The position numbers and the translations under genes were made by a program. From Anaeramoeba ignava BMAN (taxonomy: Eukaryota > Protista > Anaeramoebae), in assembly GCA_028826165.1 (NCBI GenBank), contig JAPDFW010000069.1:124001-188000 (forward strand): a stretch of 64,000 bases of DNA, in the 5' to 3' direction. Shown in pieces: positions 13,955 to 27,900 of this stretch (positions are counted from its first letter, which is position 1; every line of letters begins with the position of its first letter). The notes beneath the pieces are model-generated. The model was not told the origin of the DNA. It did not search any database and saw only the letters and a program-made list of their open reading frames with translations.

Positions 13955-16900
13955 ATGAACAGAAATCTTCCACGTTTAATTTTATCAACTGCATTTTCTG
14001 AACTTGATAAAGTAATGCAAGAAATTCTTGAACAGTCAATTCCACAAGTAAGATCAAATAAATAAACAAATAAAATTTTTGAATTGTGTTTTTCTCTTCT
14101 TTCTTTTTCTTTTTAAAAGAAAATTAGCAAAGAAAGGAATTTCTGTTTTTGTTTTTCTTTTTTATTTTTTTAGTTATAATTTATTATAATAATTAAACTT
14201 AATTTGATTTTTATTTGGATTTTTATTTAATTATTGAACTGTTAAAAGATTCAAAATTTAACTTTTCTTTGTTCTTCACTTGAATCAAATGCTAAGCTTC
14301 AAACAGTAATAACAACAATAGCATCTATTTCACAACATTATCTTTCAGCTGTTATAAATGGACTTATTGATTGGCGTCAAAAATTGCATAAAACTAAGCA
14401 AAATGAAATTGGAATTGAACCAAAAAGAGATACACTTAAAAATCAAAAATCCAAACTGTAAAAATATAATTCACTGAATAAAATAATTATTATAATATTT
14501 AATTTAATATTTTAAATATTTAGTTCCAAAAAAAAAACACTCAAATTGGAAGCTCAAGAAATTGAAAGAATCAAAAAAGAAATTTATGTAAGCTATTCAA
14601 GTTTTAATATTGGTTTTAATTTTATAAATGAATTTTAATTTAAATTTATTGTTAAAGATTGTAAAAGAAACAGTTTTCGCGTTCGTTTGTCTTAAAACCT
14701 TGCAATTAAATCCACCAACAGAAAAAAATCAGATTTTCACTGATTTTGCAAGTTTAGTGATCGAAATACTCAAAAAATTGGATGCCGAAATAGTATCAAA
14801 TCAACAAATTCCAACAGCAGAAATTCAAAACACAATTTTTGCAAGAGATAAACTGGCCGAATTAATTGGAATTGTGTCATATTCAAACTTAGAAAATGTT
14901 TCACAATTATTTCTTCAAAATTGGGATTCCAAAAAAGAAAATCCAGAGCTTTCAATCAAGATGATGAGATTTCTTCGGCTTAGCTTGATATCTCCTTATG
15001 CAATGAAGTTGTCTAACAATTTCATTTTGGAAATCAAGAACGCACTTCGCAAAAAAAAGCGGAATCTTAAGCATCAAATTTGCGATTCACTTTCGTTTAT
15101 TCTGAGCAATTTAGTTGATGAATATCACCAACTTCAATCTGAATTTTTTGCAGAATGGAACAAAACAACGAACGAATTTTTTGTGATGCTCAAAGGAATG
15201 CTGAAAAAAAGCAAAAATCAAGCGCAAACATTGAGTTTAATGACTTCATTATTATGCTGTTCTGATCCCAAATTTTTCAATAGTAATTACGAAGATTTAC
15301 TGACTCAACTCCACAAATTGCTGAAGGCCAAAAACGCGAAGCATTCCGCAATCAGTTCTTTATCGCTATTACTGAAAGTCTTAGTCAAATTGAAAGGAGA
15401 TGACTCGTTCACAAATGTGAAGAAGGTTCTTTCTCAAGTATTTGTTTTTGAGAAGAAAAGTAACTATTTTTCTCAAGATAATATTTGGGATTCACTTTGC
15501 GGTATTGTGAATATTATTCGTGACTGGGATACCCCTTTTATCATGGATAACCTTGTTATTGATGTTCTTAAATCTGATTCTCTTGAACAAATTCTTGTTG
15601 GAACTCGCGCTTTTGTTTCTGTTCTTGCTAAATATGAATCTCCTTCTGATTTGTCTATTGATATTTCAAAAGAATCTGATGAACTTGCTGAACGTTTGAA
15701 TGCAACAACAAAGATTTATGAGAAAATTTACAATTCATTTGATTCTCAATTGGGGAATTTTTTGCGGTTTAATCAAACAAAAAGTTTAGTTGGTAAGATT
15801 TAATTTTTAATTTTTAATTTTAAATTTTAAATAATTTTTAAATTTTGAATTGAATTTTTTTTTAGAACTTGTCCAAAAAGAAAAATTAAAAGGAATCGAA
15901 ATTTTAAGACAATGTTCAAGATTAATCCCACATATTCTCCCACTTCCAGATAAGATTATTCCAATTTTAAGTGGTTATGTATTCCATTTAGATCCTGAAC
16001 TTTCTCAAATCTCATTTATTGCTCTGAAAAAAATCATTGTTAACATTCCAGCATTAAGAAATCAATTATTTCAAGAATTCATTAATGTTTCTTTCAAGAT
16101 TCCTGACAAGAATTCAGAATTGATTGTTTTTTCATTGGATAAATTTAATGAACTTCTTTATCTTTGGATTCAAACGGAAAGAAAAGAGCAGCTCATCAAA
16201 CGAACTAAATCAACTGATTTCACTTCTGATGAAATGAATAAAGTCGGATTTGAGAAAATGGAAAGTATTCTTCTTTCTTATCTATGCAGTACAAAAGTTG
16301 GAATCCGAAAAATGGCTCTTTTGGCTCTTCGTAATATAAGGAATATTGATAGTATCATCAGTAAACAATTTGAAATTGATGAAAATAATGATCAAGAACA
16401 AGGTTAGTTTGTTTTACTCAAGAAAAAAAAAATTCATTTTAACCAAAAAAAAAAAATATAAAAGATTTAGATTCTTTCATCACAGAACAAAGAGCTATTG
16501 ATGTTTTCGAAGAAGCATGGAATGAAATTCTACAATCCACTTTGGTTGATACTCTTGCTATTCTTCCTTTTAAAACTGTAGCTTTATAAATCAATATTAA
16601 TATTAATTAAATTCATTTCTTTTATTTTCTTGTTTATTTTTATTTTTATTTTTATTTTCACTCATTTTAAAAGTCAACTCAAGAAAAAGAATTAATCGAA
16701 AAAACTTTAACTTTGGATAATGTTATTGCACAAAAAAATCAGAGTAAATCTTTATGGAATAACTTTTTATGCAGATTTGCAAAATTATTCTGTCATATTT
16801 CTCCAAGAATCACTTCAAGAGCATTCCAAAAAGTAAAATAAAATAAAAAACAACAATTTTTTTTCAAATATTTTTATTATTAAAAACAAACAACATAAAA

Positions 16901-18442
16901 ATTTAATAAATAGGTTTCTCAAAAAATGTCTCAATTAAACATTGAAGTTTTAACAAAAGTTCATAAAATTAAAAACAGAAAAGAATTTCATCAATCTTTA
17001 AATCAATGGAAAAATTATGCAATGTTTGCAACATCAATTTCAGGAACAAAAGATAGTTTGTGTTCTTTTTTAATTTTATTATTATTTTTTTGATTCTGAT
17101 AAAAAAATATATTCCTTTTGAAATGAAATGAAAAAAAATAGTTGAACCAAATTCAACAAAACAATTATTTGATACTATTCTTCCTTTTTTGAGAAGTAAA
17201 TCAGAAGAACAAAAAAATGCAGCTGTTATGGTTAGTTTAATTATATTTGAAAATTTAAAAAAATTAAAATTAAAATTAAAATTAAAATTAAAAAAATTAT
17301 CAAAAAAAATAGGCATTGTTTCATACAAATGAATCTGCTTCTTCCTATTTACTTCAAGGAATTGAACCACTATTTAAAACAATAATGACAGAAAATGAAA
17401 AGAGTAAAGGAAAAAAACAAAGAGATTCCGCTTTAATTAAGATTGTTGGTAAATATATATTTTTTTAATTATTTGGATTAAATTTAAATTTTTGGATTAA
17501 ATTTAAATCTTTGAATAAAAATAAAGATGTTCTTCGTTTATTTACAAATTCATTGCAACCAGAAACATTCGAAAAAAACACAACTTTAAAGGATGAAATT
17601 TACAAATTTATCCAAGAAACCTCAAAATATATAGTTCATCCACTTAATTTTGACAACCCACATTTATCAGAACTAAGATACAGCTTTGCATTATTTGTGG
17701 ATAAATTTGCCATTTTAGTAAACAATGCAAAACTTCAATTATCAAAAGCTGATCGACAATATCTTTTTGATCTTCTCAGTCGTTATTCTGGATTTGGAGA
17801 GAATCCAGCTAATAAACAAATTATGGTTAAAATGGAAAGTTTTATCAAAGAAAAAGTCAAAGAACCAGAAAAAAAACAAGAATATAAAACTGCATTTGAA
17901 GAACAAGAAAAATCGGTTGAATTTGTTTGTTCAAAAGCAATGGCAACTTTACTTATTGGTGAATTTTTCAATGAAAAGGATCTTTTGATAACAGGAAAAA
18001 TTTTCCAATGGATCTTCCAACTTTTGAGTTCGGGAGATGCACATATTATTGACATTGGAATCTCTGCAATCCAAAACTTTTTAACTCACAACTCAAAACA
18101 ACTCAAAGCAATTTATATTGAACAAGCTTTTTGCAGTTATAATGAAGAATACTCTTCTGCGTTTACAATCGCATTGTCTTCTGTTCTCATTCAAGAAGAT
18201 ATCGACATTTCTTTGCCTGTTGCTATCAATTTGTTTCTTTATAATCTTGGTTCATCAAGTCAAGTTGTTCGTAAACATGCTGCTGATTTATTCTTTTTAT
18301 TTGCTCCGAAATTGTTTCCAAATGATAATAATCTTCCAACTTTGAATCAATCATCTTGTTCAGTTCGGGAATCTTATTTACAATCTAGAGTAATATTAAA
18401 ATCAAATTCAAACATAAATAAATTCAAATTTTAAAAAAAAAA

Positions 18443-18477
<35 letters not shown>

Positions 18478-21400
18478 GATTAAATTGAGTGAATTCATTG
18501 CTTTAAAAAGACCAGATCTTGCTTTACAAGTTTTTAAAGAAATTCTTTATCGATATGATATTTTTCAACAAGAAATGAAAAAAAAGCCAATATTTTCACA
18601 AAAGATTCAAGTATAAAAATCAAAATCAAAATCAAAATCAAATTAAAAATAAATAAAATTCAAAATAAAAATCAAAAATCAATATCAAATTCAAAATCAA
18701 AATCAAAATGAAAATCAAAAATCAAAATCAAAATCAAAATCAAAATCAAAATCAAATTCAAAATTCAAAATCAATATCAAAATCAAAATCAAAATCAAAT
18801 TCAATATCAAAATCAAAATAAAAATCAAATTCAATATCAAAATTAAAATCAAAATTAAAATCAAAATCAAAATCAAAATCAAAATCAAATTAAAAATCAA
18901 ATTAAAATTCAAATTCAATTTCAAATTCAAAATTAAAAATCAATATCAAATTCAAAATCAAAAATATTAGGAAACAAAACAAGATATGCTTCTTTATCTA
19001 ATTCCTTGGTTGAAATTAATTTCATTTCAAGATGATGTTTGGTCAATTGAAAAATTCATTTTCCTTTTAGAATCATTATTTATGATCACTCATGAAGATT
19101 GTAAAAAAAGTTCTTTTGTTTTTGAACAAATTTGGGGATCCATTTCAATTAAATCAGGAAATGCACAAGCTGTTATTGAATTTTTAATTTCTCTTTGTAT
19201 TTCATATGTAAAATATTTTGATTTATTATTTTTTAAATATTTTAATTTTTAATTTTAATTTTAATTTTTATTTAGCCTCAATCTAAATTCATTGAAACAG
19301 CTAAAACAATTGCTATTTATTTACTTAAAGCGATTGGAAAGGAAATTCCAGAACAAATTTTACAAAGAATTCAAGGAATTACTCAAGAAAACAAATTTCC
19401 ACTTTTTTCATATCTTAGGTAATTAAATTAAATTAAATTAAATTAAATTAAATTAAATTAAATTAAATTAAATTAAATTAATAAAAATATTTATTTATTT
19501 ATTGATTTATTTCTTACAGAGAAAACAAAATCAAATTAAAACAAACAGATGAAGAAATTGAACAAAATGAAAGTCTTAAGAGTATTTGTGGAAGAGAAGC
19601 ATCTATAATATTACTTAGTGAAATGATAGATCAAGAAAAGGAGATTTTTCTCAATAAATTACCTCTTCTTATTCATATTTCAATTACTGGAATTGAAAGC
19701 TTAAATCAAATTGTTTCTGATAATTCTAAATTGTTATTGATAAATCTTGTTCTTGCATTAGTTATAAATAAAAGTGAAAATTTAGAAGAGCAGAAAATGA
19801 TTTCAGCAAGAAATCTTATTGATCAAATTTCAGTTTGGAGATCTAATAAAAATACTGAAATTGAAGATGAGAATTTGGATGAAATTGAATCAATTACCAA
19901 AAACGAAAATGAATTTATTATCAAAATTGAACAAATTATTGAAATATTCGAACCTGTTTATCCTAAAATCAGAAGTGATTGGCCACAAGAAGCTTTCAAA
20001 TGGGCATGTCGTCTTGATACAAATGGAAAAGTTACAAATTCTGCTGTTGATTTATGCACTCGATCAAATCAAATTTTCCGTTATTTACCTCAACAGATTT
20101 CGGTTGGACAAATCAATAAATTAATCAATTTCTTTTCACTTATTCTTACTTCTTCAATTCATCAAGAACAAATCTTCTGGTTTGCACTTGAAATTTTGAA
20201 AACTTTGGATGTTATTGCATCAAAAATTGAATCTATTTTGCCAGTTCCAAATTTCTTTTGGGTTTCAATTGCTTTATTACAATCTGATAATCCTTCTCTT
20301 CATCAATTTGCATTATCTTTACTTGGAAAATTTGTGAATTTGGATTTTGCTAAATCAGAAGTTATAATAAATCTTTTAAGCAAAGCACCTCAACAATGGT
20401 AATACTTTTTTTATAATATTTTTTTTATAATATTTTTTTATAATATTTTTTTATAATATTTTTTTATAATATTTTTTTATAATATTTTTTTTTATTTAGG
20501 AATCCTCCATTTCAAGGAATACAACCTTTAGTAATGAGATCTCTTGCTGTTACTACTAATGAACTTCCCGCTTTTAAAATTTTATCTAAATTCACTTTAA
20601 TTGATTCTGACTTAATGATTGAAAACAAACAAAGAAAAATTGTCTCTAATATTCTTGGTCTTCTTCCTTGGCTTTGTAGATTTACAAATGATTCAGATAA
20701 TAATGATACAATTACAACAGCAAGAAATATCTCTTTGTTCGCAAAACAACAAGGATTTGAAGGTTTATCACGGATATTTTCTCAATATTCAACCTTACAA
20801 ATGAAAACTCAAGAAGAATTTTTAACAGAATTTTCCAAAGAATTTTCCCAAATTTTCTTCCCTAAATTTTTGGACTATTCAATATCATTTTTACTTAAAA
20901 CAGCAATTGATTCAGAAAATTATCGTTTTGAATTTTTGAAGATTCTTGAATACCTCCTTCCATTTGTTTCAATTAAATCAGAAACAAAGTCAATAGATAA
21001 CATGGATCCAACTATTTTTGATAAACTTTTAAAGCTAAATTCAACAATTTATGCAACAGAAGTTACTAAAATTTTGAAGCTTTTAATTGAAAGAACAAAA
21101 ACAAAAGAATTTTCTTTAGATATTGGTACTCAAACACTTAAAAAAGAAAGATATCAAAAAGAACAAGAAAATTTATTAGAATTTTCATCAAAAACAATTG
21201 CTGAAATTTCATCTCAAACTGGAGAAGAATCTGATCAACAATTATTATCTCAAAGTAATGTTCCATCAATAAAACCTCAACCACTTATTTCAGAATTCAG
21301 TTTTTCTCAAGTTGAATACAAAAATCGTGTCCAAAGTATCAAAAATTCTAATAAACAAAAATTCAATATGAATGCTCAAGAATCAAAATCAAAATCAAAA

Positions 21401-23013
21401 TCAAAATCAAAATCAAAATCAAAATCAAAATCAAAATCAAAATCAAAATCCAAAATCAAAATCTGAATCCGAATCCGAATCCGAATCTGAATCTGAATCT
21501 GAATCTGAATCAGATGATCAAATACCAATAAAGGAGAATAAAAAGGAATTAGAAGTAAATGAGAATATAAATAAATCACAATTTAATCAAAAAATTCCAG
21601 TTGCTGAAAAAATTCCAGTTGCTGAAAAAATTCCAGTTGCATTAGTACAACCTAACAAACAATCTGAGTTTATTTATTCTGAAAAACAAAATGATACAGA
21701 AATTAATGATCCAGCACCACCTAGTTATTTTTCACATAATCAAAATCAAAATCAAAATCAAAATCAAAATCAAAATCAAAATGCACCACCTAGTTATTTT
21801 TCACTTAATTTTGATCCAAAATCAAAATCAAAATAAAATTCAAATTCAAAATCAAAATCAAAATCAAAATTTACCACCTAGTTATTTTTCACGTAATTTT
21901 GATCAAAATCAAAATCAAAATCAAAATGATGATAATGATGATGATGCTAGTGATGATGAAAATGATGAAAATGATGATAATGATGATGATGCTAGTGATG
22001 ATGAAAATGATGAAAATGATGATAATGATGATAATGATGATAATGATGATAATGATGATAATGATGCTAGTGATGATGATGAAAATGATGATAATGATGA
22101 TAATGATGATAATGATGATAATGATGCTAGTGATGATGATGAAAATGATAATGAAAATGATAATGAAAATCAAAATCAAAATCAAAATCAAAATCAAAAT
22201 CAAAATCAAAATCAAAATCAAAATCAAAATCAAAATCAATTTCAAAATCAAAATCAAAATCAAGATCAAAATCAAGCAATATCAAAAGAACAATTATTTC
22301 AGCAACAAAATGAAAAACAAGCATTAATTTCAGAACTTTCTGATAATTGGAGTGATATTTCAAGTGAACCTTTTATTGAATCAAAACAAATTGTGGATAC
22401 AGTTGAACAATCTAAAATATTGATGAAATCATTAATAGAACAATATTCAATAACAACTCAACAAATTAAAAACTTCAAATTCACAGAAGAAATACTTCAA
22501 TCAACAATCTCACAACATGAAATTCTTCCAAATTTCCTTCAATGTTCAATAATTTGCAATTTAATTATAGAAAATCAAGAACCATTCGAAAAAACAAATC
22601 AAGATTTAATTGATTTAGCAGAAACTACAATGCAAGTTTTCGATGATTCTCGTTTAATTTATATGGATATGATTACATCAACTCAATATCATTTGACAGA
22701 AATTTCTTCTGCAAATCCAACAGAATTGAAAAAGATTGAAAAACAAATCTTTATATCATTTTTAAAACAACAAGACCAATTCATGGTTGTTATTCAGAAT
22801 TACCTTAACTTTTTGATTAATATTTCTAAGATTTATGATTTAAAGGTTTGTTTTATTTTTATTTTTATTTTTATTTTTATTTTTATTTTTATTAATTTTA
22901 TTTTTAATTTTGTTTTTTAAATTTAGGATGAAGATCAATTCCAAAAAATTCTTATTCAAATTCCAAAACTTCAAGAAAAAATTCAACAAATTCAACAAAA
23001 AAATTCAAATTAA
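13955..23013 (+). CDS. Furry/Tao3/Mor2 family cell morphogenesis HEAT-repeat scaffold, multi-exon
   Basis: ATG at 13955. Many GT-AG introns link ORFs 14628, 15850, 17511, 18986, 19623, 20534 and 21691. Family-like segments: TIASISQHYLSAVINGLIDWR, LLYLIPWL, FFWVSIALLQSD....HQFALSLL, PPFQGIQPLVMRSL. Last exon 22927-23013. Apparent frameshifts in the 21380-21900 repeats; not every junction was checked. Confidence 0.78.
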
Positions 23014-23129
23014 AAAAATCAATTAATTTTCTTTTTCTTTTTCTTTTTCTTTTGAATTTGATTTTATTTTCTCTTTCGTTAATTCATTCAAGAAAACTTT
23101 TCCAAAAAGAAAACAAATTTTTTATTTGA

Positions 23130-24824
23130 TTAATTAGTATTTTTTCCATTTTTAAAAAGTTTAATTTTTGTAACTAAATTGGGTTCATTTTCATTTAATT
23201 GGAAATAATCCATTGCTTTTGTTAAATCTTCAATAATTGAATCATTAACTTTACTGTTTTCAGGAATTTTGTTTGTATAAAGATAAAAAATAAGAATTTG
23301 AAGAGAATCAAAAGAAATTCCAGAATAATCAGGAGCCTGATTCGAAGAGTCTTGAGTAAAAGAAAACATTTGACCAAATAATTGACTGCGAGCCCAAAGT
23401 AAAGTTTTATGAATTTTGACAGTTTTTTCATTTGATGTCAAAATGAAGTCTTTTGATTCCTCATCATGATATAATTTTTCCAATCCAGAAAAAAATTTGT
23501 GGTTATGAAGAATTGGAAGAAGAAAATTGGGAATTTTGCTTTTTTGAGGAATTTTTGCATTTATATCACCATAAATAACTCTGAAAATACTTTTTGATTC
23601 TTCAAGATCCTTTTTTTGAAGAAAATTAGCGAAATCCTCAAGATTATTTTCGCCAATTCTCATGTTGATAATCAATTTATGAGCAGAAATTGAACCACCG
23701 ATTGTGTGGAAAGAAATATCGCAACCTTGTTGATTTTCAAAAAGAGAAACAAAATCTTGAATTAAAGGAGAATTCACTTTTGAGTAGAAAAAGGAATTGA
23801 AAGCTCCTGCGGAAATTGTGTAATTCTGGAGAGAATCGGGAAGGGATTTAATTTGGATTTCATAAGGATCTGGGCTGTATTGCGATGTATCAACACCAAA
23901 ACAGCCGTATGCATTTTCTCCAAATACAAATAATTTTCCACTTTTTGTGAGTACTATTGAGTGAGAAGATCCAACAGCAATTTCTTTAATATCTTCATTT
24001 TTATTAATGAAAAATGGGATTTTCTCGAATTTTTGTTGGGCTGAACCAAAACCAGATATTTTTTCTGCTCCACTTCCATAAATATTATTGATTCCGTTTT
24101 CTTTGATAATAATTATTGAGTGATAAAATCCTGCCATCACATTTTTCACAATCCCATCACTAGGAAGATCAGGCACTTGTTTCAACTTTGGTATTCTGAT
24201 ATCATCTGATGCAATTCCGAGTTGGTTTGATATGTTTCTTCCGCAAGCAAACAAAGTGTTATCTTTTTTAAGAAGAAAAGTTGAGTTTGAATAGTTCCCG
24301 GCAAATATTTTCTTGACATTTGAATCCAAAAGAGTGAGAGGGACTTCTTCACTAATTGTGCCGAGTTGTCCATATGAACTATTACCGACTCCATATGCAT
24401 CGCCTGATTCTGTGAGGATTAAAAGAAAAGATGATCCACAAGCAATATCGATGATTTCTTCTTTTATGATTGAAGTGTCAAGTTTTATAAATTCTTCAGA
24501 TTTTGGTTTCCCAAAAATAGTCAAGTTACTTAAATAAATTTCACCGTCGCAAGTCAAACATGCATAAAATCCAAATCCAGATGATACTTTTCTTATGTTG
24601 TTAATATTTGGCTCTCTTTTTATTGGTAATTCTGATAAATATTCAATAATATTTCCAGTTTGTGTTAAAATGACTGTTTCTGAAAATCCTGGTGATATTT
24701 GTTTAATTGGTACATTGTATAATTCTGTTACTTCAGTTGGTTCATGTTTGTGAATGTTTGGTGATTGGAGGAAAAGTAAAGAAAAACCAAAATTAGAACC
24801 CCAAGAATAAATATTTTGAGACAT
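23130..24824 (-). CDS. RCC1-repeat protein with C-terminal BTB/POZ domains
   Basis: Probable start MSQNIYSWGSN at 24824. RCC1 repeats (DIACGSSF...GNSSYGQLG, IAVGSSHS...FVFGEN). BTB segments CDISF...ISAHKLII and KDFIL....VKIHKTLLWARSQLF. Intronless. Confidence 0.88.
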   Translation of the reverse strand: MSQNIYSWGSNFGFSLLFLQSPNIHKHEPTEVTELYNVPIKQISPGFSETVILTQTGNIIEYLSELPIKREPNINNIRKVSSGFGFYACLTCDGEIYLSNLTIFGKPKSEEFIKLDTSIIKEEIIDIACGSSFLLILTESGDAYGVGNSSYGQLGTISEEVPLTLLDSNVKKIFAGNYSNSTFLLKKDNTLFACGRNISNQLGIASDDIRIPKLKQVPDLPSDGIVKNVMAGFYHSIIIIKENGINNIYGSGAEKISGFGSAQQKFEKIPFFINKNEDIKEIAVGSSHSIVLTKSGKLFVFGENAYGCFGVDTSQYSPDPYEIQIKSLPDSLQNYTISAGAFNSFFYSKVNSPLIQDFVSLFENQQGCDISFHTIGGSISAHKLIINMRIGENNLEDFANFLQKKDLEESKSIFRVIYGDINAKIPQKSKIPNFLLPILHNHKFFSGLEKLYHDEESKDFILTSNEKTVKIHKTLLWARSQLFGQMFSFTQDSSNQAPDYSGISFDSLQILIFYLYTNKIPENSKVNDSIIEDLTKAMDYFQLNENEPNLVTKIKLFKNGKNTN

Positions 24825-24990
24825 TTTTTTCTTCTTTTTAAAATTTTTAAATAAAAAAAAGGGAAAAAAAAAATGAAAAAGCAAAAAATCAAAAAAAAAA
24901 TAAAATCATTTTTTTTCTTTTTTATTTGCTTTCTTTCCTTTTATAACAAAAAAAATTTTTTTCAATTAATTTTTTCAATTATTTTTTATT

Positions 24991-27900
24991 ATGGAAAATA
25001 TTTTACAAGAAATCAAAAATTTACCAATTTCTGTTGAAAATATTAATGAAAAAGAAAAAAGATATTTTCAATTTTCAGAAAAAGAAGGTGAAGAACATCA
25101 TGGAAGTGCAGTTGTTTTTAATGAAAGAGATAAACCTAAATCAGTAGAATTTTGGTATAAAAGTTGGCGAATAGGTAAAATCAAAATCAAAATCAAAATC
25201 AATTTAAAAATCAAAATCAAAATCAATTTAAAAATCAAATTCAAAATAAAAATCAAAATCAAAATCAATTTAAAAATCAAAATCAATTTAAAAATCAAAA
25301 TCAATTTAAAAATCAATTTAAAAATCAAAATCAATTTAAAAATCAAAATCAATTTAAAAATCAAAATTTAATAAAAATCAAAATCAAAATCAAAATCAAA
25401 ATCAATTTAAAAATCAATTTAAAAATCAAAATCAATTTAAAAATCAAAATCAATTTAAAAATCAAAATTAATTTAAAAATCAAAATCAAAATCAAAATCA
25501 AAATCAAATTCAATTTAAAAATCAAAATTAATTTAAAAATCAAAATCAAAATAAAAATCAAAATCAATTTAAAAATTAAAATCAAATTCAATTTAAAAAT
25601 CAAAATCAAATTCAAAATCAATTTAAAAATCAAAATTAAAATCAAAATTAAAATCAATATCAAAATCAATTTAAAAATCAAAATCAATTTAAAAATCAAA
25701 ATCAAAATAAAAATCAATTTAAAAATCAAAATCAAAATCAATTTAAAAATCAAAATCAAAATCAATTTAAAAATCAAAATTAAAATCAAAATCAATTTAA
25801 AAATTAAAAATCAAAATCAAAATCAAAATCAATTTAAAAATCAAAATCAAAATTAAAATTAAAATCAATTTAAAATCAAAATCAAAATCAAAATCAAAAT
25901 CAAAATCAAAATCAAAATCAAAATCAAAATTAAAATCAAAAATTCAAAATTAAAATCAAAATCAAAATCAATTTAAAAATCAAAATTAAAATCAAAATCA
26001 AAATCAATTTAAAAATCAAAATCAAAATCAATTTAAAAATCAAAATCAAAATAAAAATCAATTTAAAAATCAAAATCAAAATCAATTTAAAAATCAAAAT
26101 CAAAATCAATTTAAAAATCAAAATTAAAATCAAAATCAATTTAAAAATCAAAATCAAAATCAATTTAAAAATCAAAATCAAAATCAATTTAAAAATCAAA
26201 ATTAAAATCAAAATCAATTTAAAAATTAAAATCAAAATCAATTTAAAAATTAAAATCAAAATCAATTTAAAAATTAAAATCAATTTAAAAATCAAAATCA
26301 ATTTAAAAATCAAAATCAATTTAAAAATCAAAATCAATTTAAAATCAAAATTAAAATCAATTTCAAAATCAATTTAAAAATTAAAATCAAAAAAATTCTA
26401 AATAAATTCTTTATAAATTCTAAATAAATTCTTTATAGCACACATTCCAATCAATTACTCCCATATTGTCCCAACTGTAAAATCTACTTCCTTTATTCGA
26501 ATGGAAGGAACAATCACCAAAGAAGGAAACAAAAGAAAATCAAAGAAAAAAAGATGGTTCAAATTAAACGAACACGAATTTTCATATTATAAAACAGAAT
26601 CAACAAAAAAACCTATTGATGTAGTATCAATGGGAGTAGTTCAAAGAATTTCAAAAGCAAATATGCCAAATGTTTTCCATTTATTCTCAGCAAATCGAGT
26701 GTATGTTTTCCAACTTGAAGATGAAATCACATTTAACTCATGGTATGAAATATTTCGAGCAATGATTAAATTGAGAAAAATGATACGCGCAAATTCAGTA
26801 ATAATTGATGAATTTTTATCTCGTCCTAAATCATTAGTTGGACTTTTGAATAAGAAAAATTACCAAATTCTTGAGAGTATCACTGGAAGAGGTCCATTTC
26901 TATATTTTATTTCTCGAAATAATATTAATGAAATTGAGGAAATGATGAGCAAATCTCAATTCATTTCGGATCACGACTTGAATCAATTATCTCGAGTCAC
27001 AAATAATATCAAAAATTGGGATAGTTTTGATCTCCAAGTTTCAATGATGAAATTATGTAGAAAACGTTCCATTGAACTTGATTTCGCAATTGTGACTCAA
27101 TGGCTCGAAAATATTCATAAATCTTCTGAAAAAGATCAAAAAAAGCAAACTTTGTCTTTTGATTTCCAAAAAGGTAAATTGGATTTTTTAATTTATGAAA
27201 AAGAAAAAAATTAATTTTAATATTATTTTTAATATTAATTTTAATATTAGATTTGCAAGACCTCCTCTTAATTAATAACCCCAATAACGATAAACAAGAA
27301 ATAATCGACCAATTCATTTTACAAGACTCAAGACTTCAAGAGGTTTTAATTGATGAAGTTAAAAATCTTAAATTGCAAACCATTGAATTAACAGAAAAAA
27401 TGCATATTATTTCAAGTAAAATGCAAGAAATCCAAAAGAAAAAAGAAGAAGTTGAGAATCTTTTAAGAAAAGAACTTGAGTCTAAAAAAAAAGAGATTGA
27501 ATCCAAAGAAGAACTGACAAAAAAACTCAAAGAAACACAAGAAAACTTGCAAACAAAAGCAAATGAATTCGAGGAAAGAAACAAAAAAAACGAAGAGAAA
27601 AGCAATAAAGAAAAAGAAAAATCTAAATTAGAAATTAGCGAACTTCAAAAAAGTTTAGAAAAATCAAAAAAGAACTTCAAAGAATTAGAAAAAAAATACG
27701 AGAAGTCTCAGCAAGAATTGGAAAATAAAACAAAAGAACTCAACAAAACCAATGAAAGAAAATCCGATTTGCAGAAAAAATTTGATGATTCGCAAAAAAA
27801 ACTTACAAAAACAAAACAAGAATTGGAAAACTCACAATTATCATCACAAACATACAAACAACGCAATTCGGAAATTGAACAAGAAAAGTCAAAGCTTGAA

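Noticed and set aside
25098-26337. ORFs of poly(ILIFKL) and similar ORFs at 18715, 21889, 43968, 45558, 47249, 47874, 48754 and 55650
   Set aside because: Translations of stop-free simple repeats, in introns, intergenic DNA or the wrong frame/strand.
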